This document shows, in pieces, positions 58,281-64,000 of a DNA stretch of 64,000 bases (positions are counted from its first letter, which is position 1; each line of letters starts with the position of its first letter). Source of the stretch: Acidobacteriota bacterium. Lineage in GTDB: Bacteria; Acidobacteriota; UBA6911; RPQK01; JAJDTT01. The stretch lies in assembly GCA_965263035.1 (NCBI GenBank), contig OZ253580.1, forward strand, positions 864,001 to 928,000. The letters are read 5' to 3'. Both the position numbers and the translations under genes were made by a program. Below the pieces are notes generated by a model that saw only the letters and a list, made by a program, of their open reading frames with translations, had not been told where the DNA came from and searched no databases.

Positions 58281-59822
58281 ATGCCAAGTGTGAGACCGTC
58301 CGGACACATCAGAAGACCCTCGGTGGAAGAAATTCGATCTCTGGCCGCCAGGGAATACATCAACCTGTCCGAACAAGAGGCTGCCGACCTCGGGTCCCTC
58401 ATGAATGGAATGCTAGTGGACGTGGGTCGCCTCGATGATCTGCCTGTTGCCGGGTTGCAGGTCAGATACCAGGATCGCGACAGAGGCTACCGCCCGTCAC
58501 CGGAGGAGGACCCCTACAACGTCTTCATTCGAAAATGCCGGGTGAAGGGTGCGCCCAAGGGGAGGCTGGCCGGAAAGACTGTTGGACTCAAAGACAACAT
58601 AAGGGTGGCAGGTGTTCCCATGACCAACGGCTCGCGCCTCCTTGCCGAGTACGTCCCCAGCGTCGACGCGACGGTTACCGAGCGCCTTTTGGATGCCGGT
58701 GCGACCATTGTCGGCAAGTTGAACATGGATAGTTTTGGCATGGGCGGCACCAACGAGACCAGCGACTTCGGCCCTGTCCGCAACCCCCACAACATCGAGT
58801 ACTCCGCCGGCGGTTCTTCGGGCGGCAGCGGGGCGGCCCTGGCGGCCGGTGAGGTCGATATCGCCTTAGGCGTCGACGAGGGAGGCAGTGCGCGTATCCC
58901 GGCCTCCTGGTGTGGAGTCGTAAGCATCAAGCCCACCCATGGACTGGTTCCAGCCTTCGGTCTTTCCTATCTTGACCACACCCTGGATGAGATCTGCCCC
59001 ATGGCCAGGTCGGTACAGGAGGTGGCGCTGACCCTGGAAGCCATAGCGGGAGAGGATCCCAGAGACCCGCAGTGGGTTCGAGGGCCGATTCAAGTCGAGA
59101 GCTACAGCAAGGCCCTCCAAGAGGATGTCTCCGGTCTTCGGCTGGGGGTCATCAAAGAGTCGATGGAATGGGATCAATCCGAGCATGAGGTCAGCCAGGC
59201 GGTATGGGAAGCAGCGAGAAAACTGCAGGCCTGCGGCGCCTCGGTCGAAGAAGTATCCATCCCCTGGTGGCCGGACGCCTGGCCGGTTCTGTTGTCGATC
59301 CTCGGACATTCGCTGTCGGCCATGGTCGAGTCGAATCTGGAAGGCTATTGGAGGGGGGGCAGGTGCGACCCGGATTGGCAGGAGGCTTTCGGCAAGGCCC
59401 GCAGAGCCGGCAGCGACGGATTCCCTCCCCTCCTCAAAGTCTGGATGGTCATGGGCAAATATCTCAGACGCGAGTATTGCAGCGTCTATTTCTCCAAAGC
59501 CCAGAATCTGAGGCATGCCATGACGCAGAAGCTGGACGAAGTGTTTGAAGCCTGTGACGTCCTGGTCACTCCCACCACGCCCCTGAAGGCCGTCAAGTTG
59601 GCTCAGTCGAGCCGGGCAGGATCCTGGGAAGGGAGAGGTTCGATTGAAATGAACCGCAACACCTGCCCTCTGAACGTCACGGGCTATCCGGCTTTGTCGG
59701 TTCCCTGTGGTTTTGGCGACAATGGCCTGCCCATAGGACTGCAGCTCGTCGCCCGGCGTTTTCGCGAGAGCTTGCTCTTTCGGGTGGCTTCTCAGGTTGA
59801 GCGAGGAGACTCCGATCGCTGA
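58281..59822 (+). CDS. Amidase-signature family amidase
   Basis: KDNI, GKLNM, GGSSGGSGAA, DEGGSARIPA..CG..KPTHG, G.PALSVP, LPIGLQ. Confidence 0.92.
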   Translation: MPSVRPSGHIRRPSVEEIRSLAAREYINLSEQEAADLGSLMNGMLVDVGRLDDLPVAGLQVRYQDRDRGYRPSPEEDPYNVFIRKCRVKGAPKGRLAGKTVGLKDNIRVAGVPMTNGSRLLAEYVPSVDATVTERLLDAGATIVGKLNMDSFGMGGTNETSDFGPVRNPHNIEYSAGGSSGGSGAALAAGEVDIALGVDEGGSARIPASWCGVVSIKPTHGLVPAFGLSYLDHTLDEICPMARSVQEVALTLEAIAGEDPRDPQWVRGPIQVESYSKALQEDVSGLRLGVIKESMEWDQSEHEVSQAVWEAARKLQACGASVEEVSIPWWPDAWPVLLSILGHSLSAMVESNLEGYWRGGRCDPDWQEAFGKARRAGSDGFPPLLKVWMVMGKYLRREYCSVYFSKAQNLRHAMTQKLDEVFEACDVLVTPTTPLKAVKLAQSSRAGSWEGRGSIEMNRNTCPLNVTGYPALSVPCGFGDNGLPIGLQLVARRFRESLLFRVASQVERGDSDR

Positions 59823-59930
59823 CCCTCGCGGCTCCGTTTAGGGACCACCGAAATCAAGGCGGAGCCCCAAGTGTGAGCGCGGGGAGAAACACTGCGCCCG
59901 ACGATCCGGGATCAGACAATCCTGTCTTAA

Positions 59931-60088
59931 CAGTCCGTGGTGAAAGTCCCGCGAGCACCGAGACCGTTCCTGCGCCCGCCGGACAAGGCGCGATGAGGGA
60001 GCATACCGGGAGTATGTGACCGAATCGCAACGCAGTCCGCCGGGATGCAGGGACGGTCGAATGCCGTGACGACTTTTGCCACGGGCTG
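59931..60088 (+). mobile_element. MITE-like element, copy 2, flanked by TTAA on both sides
   Basis: ttaa|CAGTCCGTGGTGAAAGTC...GACTTTTGCCACGGGCTG|ttaa. Confidence 0.85.
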
Positions 60089-61495
60089 TTAAGTGGGAGG
60101 CCTTTCCATCCTTGCTCCAACCAGAAGCGCAAGTACCGTCGCGGCCGTCCCGGGGATACAGGGATGCCACTGCCAGACATAGGCGATCCCTCTGATCTCG
60201 CCGGCGCTGTGCTGGCCCACCCAGGTGAACAGAATGGTGACACCTGCGCCGATGACCATGGCGGACAGCACTGTGACGGGCATTCGCCGCAACGGCCTGT
60301 GGAACATCAGGCCGACCAGGACAGGAGCAAGCGCCGAACCCAGAACTCGCTGGCCCACCAGGAAGACTTCGATCGTCATGGGCAGGGCATAGGCGAACAG
60401 GCCCCCCAGGAGTGCGCTTCCGGCCACCGCGATGCGCGCCGCGGTGACCATTTCGCCCTGGGTTGCGGCCGGCTTGATATGCCGTTGGTACAGGTCGATT
60501 GTCAGGTAGGAGGCCACCGACATCAGGGCGCTGTCCAACGTGGACATGGCACCGGCGATGGCGCCGGAGAGCACGAAGCTCACCAGCAAGTCGGGCAGTC
60601 CCTCAGACATGAGACGGAGGAAAACGTGGTTGGGCTCCGTTCCAACTCCAAAGGAGGCCCTTCCCAAGAGGCCCAAAGCGTGAGGGAGGATGTAAAAGAA
60701 GGTACACAGTATGCCGCCGTACAGAAAGCCGAGCTGTGCCTCCCGGGTGCTCCTGGCCGACAAACCACGGACGAACAGGGCGTGGTAGACCATCGCGATC
60801 ACGATTCCCTCTACGACCCAGCCTGCCATCGTACTGAATTCCAGCGTCCCGGTGACTGAGACCATCTCCGGGGGAAGCCGCCCCACGAATCCGGTCCAGC
60901 CACCCAGCCTTGTCACTCCGATGACGAAGATCGAAATGCCCGTTGCGGTCAGCATCAGGGCCTGGATGGAGTCGGTCCAGAGGACCGCCCACTGCCCCCC
61001 CAGTAAGACGTAGATGATCGTGACCCCCAGGACCATCATCAGCGCCGGAACAAAACCAATACCCAGAAAAAAAGTAACCAGGATCACACTGGCAAGAATG
61101 GTTCCGGCAATCGCACCCATATCCCCAATGAACACGAGTATCAACGTCACCAGCTTGTGTCTTGCGCCGAAGAGCCTGTCGATCAGCTGTGGCACGGTCA
61201 AAACACCGGTGCGCCGGACCTTGGGGATGATATAGAGGCCCAGCCAAGCGGTGGCTCCCATATAGGAAAAATGGATCCAATAGAATGAGATACCGAGGTC
61301 GTAGGCGCCGCCCGCGCCGCTGACGAAGGTGCCGACACCGACCCACGTGGCCAGAATGGAGAGGCTGATCATCCACCGGTTCGCCCTCCGGCCCGCTACC
61401 AGGAAATCCTCCACGTCCCGGATCCTTCTGGACAGGACGGCCCCGAGAACCATGAGGCCTCCGATGTAGAGAAGTACGAGTGACCAGAGAAGCAT
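60089..61495 (-). CDS. Sodium:solute symporter (SSS) family protein
   Basis: EDFLVAGR, SILATW, YVLLGGQWAVLWTDSIQ, AGAMSTLDS, DLYQR. Confidence 0.9.
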   Translation of the reverse strand: MLLWSLVLLYIGGLMVLGAVLSRRIRDVEDFLVAGRRANRWMISLSILATWVGVGTFVSGAGGAYDLGISFYWIHFSYMGATAWLGLYIIPKVRRTGVLTVPQLIDRLFGARHKLVTLILVFIGDMGAIAGTILASVILVTFFLGIGFVPALMMVLGVTIIYVLLGGQWAVLWTDSIQALMLTATGISIFVIGVTRLGGWTGFVGRLPPEMVSVTGTLEFSTMAGWVVEGIVIAMVYHALFVRGLSARSTREAQLGFLYGGILCTFFYILPHALGLLGRASFGVGTEPNHVFLRLMSEGLPDLLVSFVLSGAIAGAMSTLDSALMSVASYLTIDLYQRHIKPAATQGEMVTAARIAVAGSALLGGLFAYALPMTIEVFLVGQRVLGSALAPVLVGLMFHRPLRRMPVTVLSAMVIGAGVTILFTWVGQHSAGEIRGIAYVWQWHPCIPGTAATVLALLVGARMERPPT

Positions 61496-61522
61496 CTACG
61501 TCACCACCCGTGTGATCTTCGG

Positions 61523-61690
61523 TCACCCACCGAGGGCCTTCGAACATAGGAAGAGCCACGCTACACCCAGCAACTGCAGGATCAGGAATGTGAGGATGGG
61601 GCTCAAGCGTGGGACCCGAGCCTCGTCGGCGGCTTTCATCAGTTCCTCGGGTTCCGAGCCGGTTTCGAAGTCACTATCAGGTGAAATCAT
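61523..61690 (-). CDS. 55-aa single-TM protein, probable SSS accessory subunit (not in ORF track)
   Basis: Manual translation MISPDSDFETGSEPEELMKAADEARVPRLSPILTFLILQLLGVAWLFLCSKALGG; AGAGGA RBS; ends 27 nt before the SSS start. Confidence 0.65.
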   Translation of the reverse strand: MISPDSDFETGSEPEELMKAADEARVPRLSPILTFLILQLLGVAWLFLCSKALGG

Positions 61691-61809
61691 AGTTTCCTCT
61701 CGACCGATTCCGCAGCGGCTCTACCCATTTCGCCGGATTGTACATCGGAACTCCCGGCAAAGGCCGGAGGTCACGAAGGTGGGAAACCTGGAACGGGGCG
61801 TGATTCTAG

Positions 61810-61970
61810 CAGTCCGTGGTGAAAGTCCCGCGAGCACCGAAACCGGTCCTGCGCCCGCCGGACAAGGCGCAACGGAGGGAGCATGCCGGGAGTATGTGAG
61901 CCGAGTCGCAACGCAGTCCGCGCACGATGCAGGGACGGTCGAATGCCGTGACGACTTTTGCCACGGACTG
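61810..61970 (+). mobile_element. MITE-like element, copy 3
   Basis: ctag|CAGTCCGTGGTGAAAGTC...GACTTTTGCCACGGACTG|ccag; 6 nt from the GWxTD stop codon. Confidence 0.8.
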
Positions 61971-61976
61971 CCAGAG

Positions 61977-63623
61977 TTAACCTGGACTGGCCTGAGGGCT
62001 CTTCACGACGACAAAGGAATCTTCCGCAGTGACCGTCTCGTCGCTGATGCGGTCCTGAACCAGAACCTGGACACGGTACCTGCCGGCCTTCAGATGTCTC
62101 AGAGGCAGCCCTTTGATCAGCACCACTCGCCGAGGGGAATAAAACTGGATCGATTGTCCATTCTGATCCAAAGTTTCCGTAAAGATCTCGCCGTTCTGGG
62201 ACGAGATCTTGTAACTGATCTCGAGTGAGGGCGTCTGGTCCGTCTGATCCAGCGCCGCATTGTAGATCTGCAGGTAAACTCCCAGGCGACCGTCGCTGGA
62301 GAATACCTTCTTCAGGCTGGGATGAATCCAGACATCTCCCAGTACGAACATCTGGTCGTCCTTGGGGATTTCGCCGAGCGGCCGGATAAACTGGGACAGA
62401 ATCAACGAACTGCCGACGAGCTTCTCTTTTGGAAAGGACGGCGAAACGATGGCCTGGCGGACGGCGCCAACCTTCGTGCCCTGGAGATCCTTGACCACCA
62501 GATCGATCTTGTAACGGATCTTGGGGTCCAGAATAAGGTGCTTCTGATACAGGGAATGCGTCTGAAGGGCCTCCTGAAAGACTTCCGGCGGGTAGGAAAT
62601 GATCAAGTCATTTTCAAACTCTGCGACAACCTGGTTGGCGATACTGGTGACCAGGCCATAGACTGCCACCTCTGCAACGTAGCCGCTCTCATTCTGCTTG
62701 AAAGTCAGGTTCTTGTTCTCCACCTGAATTGTGATCGGCACCAGAACCTGTTGCGGGTTCAGTCTGAAGTAGTCCTGACGAGTCGCTAAGGGAAGCGTCT
62801 CGTAAGAGATACCGACTTCGACCAACTCCTGTAGATCCTTGTACTTGATCTGCAGGGGCCGCTGCACCCTCGCGTAGGTCTCATAACGAACGAAAGGGTT
62901 GTCCTTGGCACGCTGGTTCATGAAGGGATAGCGCTGCGAATTCCCTGGACTGAAGTAGGGGCGATCCTTTTTGGTGGCCAAGCGCATCTGTTCGGCGACC
63001 GTCTTTCCGGATCCGGGGACGCGTAGAAAAGCATCCTTTTCGTCCGGGACCATGGTTAGCCGGTATTCGCCCGTTAGGCTCTTGTCGACGAACTCCAACT
63101 CGACGTCGTTTCCAATCCCTTCAATATGGCGATAGCGCCAGATTTCAAATGGAAAGGTGCTGGTGGTGCCTCCCCCTTCATAAAAGGGGCGTTGGTACAC
63201 TCCCCCTGACGGATAACGTTCAATCTCAGCGGGTGGGCCGTGGATGATGTAGATACGGCCCCGGTCTACCTTCCATCCCGATAGGCCACTTGAGAAATTG
63301 TCGTTTGCATAGGCGATTCGACGATAATGTTCTTCTTTGAATTCATTCTCGGCCGTGGTCCGGTCCGCATCGCGCCGCAGCCAGAACTGCTCAATAAATT
63401 GTTCTTTTTCCTCCGGGGTCGTCAGTTTGTCAAAAACAGTCCTCTCTTCTTCCAGAATGATGTGAATGACATCCTCGTTGAGCCACCGCTCGAAATGGTC
63501 CTGCCGCTCTTCACGCGCTTGCCTCTCCTGCTCTTTCTTACCCTGAACAGGTACGAGACCACCAGAAAAACCAGGAGTCAGCAGGGAGCAGGCCACCAAC
63601 GCCGTCAGACAGATAACTCTCAT
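61977..63623 (-). CDS. GWxTD domain-containing protein
   Basis: WLNEDV, FIEQFWLRRD, EEHYRRIAYAN, GWKVDRGRIYIIHGPP, FEIWRY; paralog of 2842-4470. Confidence 0.9.
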   Translation of the reverse strand: MRVICLTALVACSLLTPGFSGGLVPVQGKKEQERQAREERQDHFERWLNEDVIHIILEEERTVFDKLTTPEEKEQFIEQFWLRRDADRTTAENEFKEEHYRRIAYANDNFSSGLSGWKVDRGRIYIIHGPPAEIERYPSGGVYQRPFYEGGGTTSTFPFEIWRYRHIEGIGNDVELEFVDKSLTGEYRLTMVPDEKDAFLRVPGSGKTVAEQMRLATKKDRPYFSPGNSQRYPFMNQRAKDNPFVRYETYARVQRPLQIKYKDLQELVEVGISYETLPLATRQDYFRLNPQQVLVPITIQVENKNLTFKQNESGYVAEVAVYGLVTSIANQVVAEFENDLIISYPPEVFQEALQTHSLYQKHLILDPKIRYKIDLVVKDLQGTKVGAVRQAIVSPSFPKEKLVGSSLILSQFIRPLGEIPKDDQMFVLGDVWIHPSLKKVFSSDGRLGVYLQIYNAALDQTDQTPSLEISYKISSQNGEIFTETLDQNGQSIQFYSPRRVVLIKGLPLRHLKAGRYRVQVLVQDRISDETVTAEDSFVVVKSPQASPG

Positions 63624-63655
63624 GGGGAAACCGACTTAAAGCCTAATTGCCATCG

Positions 63656-63684
63656 ATTTTATCCACTATTCACCAGGTTGTCAA
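63656..63684 (-). promoter_or_regulatory. Near-consensus sigma70 promoter of the GWxTD gene
   Basis: TTGACA-N17-TAAAAT, 32 nt upstream of ATG 63623. Confidence 0.7.
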
Positions 63685-64000
63685 TGGCCCGATCCGGCCC
63701 GATCCCGGTGGGGTCTCGGACCGCAGGGCTGGTTCCTTGTCAGCCCGCGGCCAAGCATTGCCCGCCTTGCGATTCAGTTGGCCCCAGCTCCAGGATGACC
63801 GGCAAGCCAGACCGCTCGGTAAGCCGAACCCATCCCGCAGCCACTGCCCCGTTACCCCAGATTGAACATTTTCGACGGCCAGACCTGTAGCCGTTCAGGT
63901 GGCCGCCGGCACTCGTGACCCAAGTGGCAAAGTGTCGCCTCTGCGACACCGCTCGAGCTGACTCTCTTCGCACCGTGGTTTCTCTGATTTTTTCCTTTTC

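Noticed and set aside
48305-61970. CRISPR-like interpretation of the repeats
   Set aside because: Copies are about 160 bp, dispersed, without spacers, and no cas genes are present.
61512-62228. ORFs spanning the repeat element (also 48271-48538 and 59838-60243) that share peptide similarity
   Set aside because: The similarity is just translation of the repeated non-coding element.
63700-64000. Hairpins at 63721-63750 and 63932-63949 and ORF 63740-63973
   Set aside because: No recognisable RNA family or protein motif; the window edge prevents assessment.

Overview
Bacterial genomic window, most likely Acidobacteriota. This is an inference from the combination of two GWxTD proteins, three CRTAC1/ASPIC-UnbV proteins, TPR proteins, a carboxypeptidase-regulatory-domain TonB-dependent receptor and futalosine-pathway mqnC. 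The region from about 7.8 to 34.6 kb is an accessory block. It holds five secreted ~800-850 aa paralogs with a GH20/GH67-type N-terminal domain and an unassigned cysteine-containing catalytic domain, a DUF4838-like lipoprotein, and an algI/algJ-like O-acylation cassette inserted into the paralog array. It also holds a pair of half-size DMT transporters, a Gfo/Idh/MocA dehydrogenase, a phosphotriesterase-family hydrolase and a SelA/DgaE-like PLP enzyme. Four promoters in this block share one motif, TGGACT-N17-TATMWT, overlapped by the imperfect palindrome RRTGGACTTCMYT. This suggests an undescribed co-regulated glycan/amino-sugar system. The rest contains a BNR (Asp-box) protein, argR-argG-argH-argF with an ARG box, mqnC, a NoeA-like methyltransferase, CocE/NonD, hydantoinase B, an amidase and a PVC-type CxxCH dehydrogenase. 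It also has two sodium:solute symporters, each preceded by a ~55-aa membrane protein, and three copies of a ~160-bp MITE-like hairpin element. I saw no rRNA, tRNA, CRISPR array or transposase. All family assignments come from recognising motifs by eye; no database search was run.
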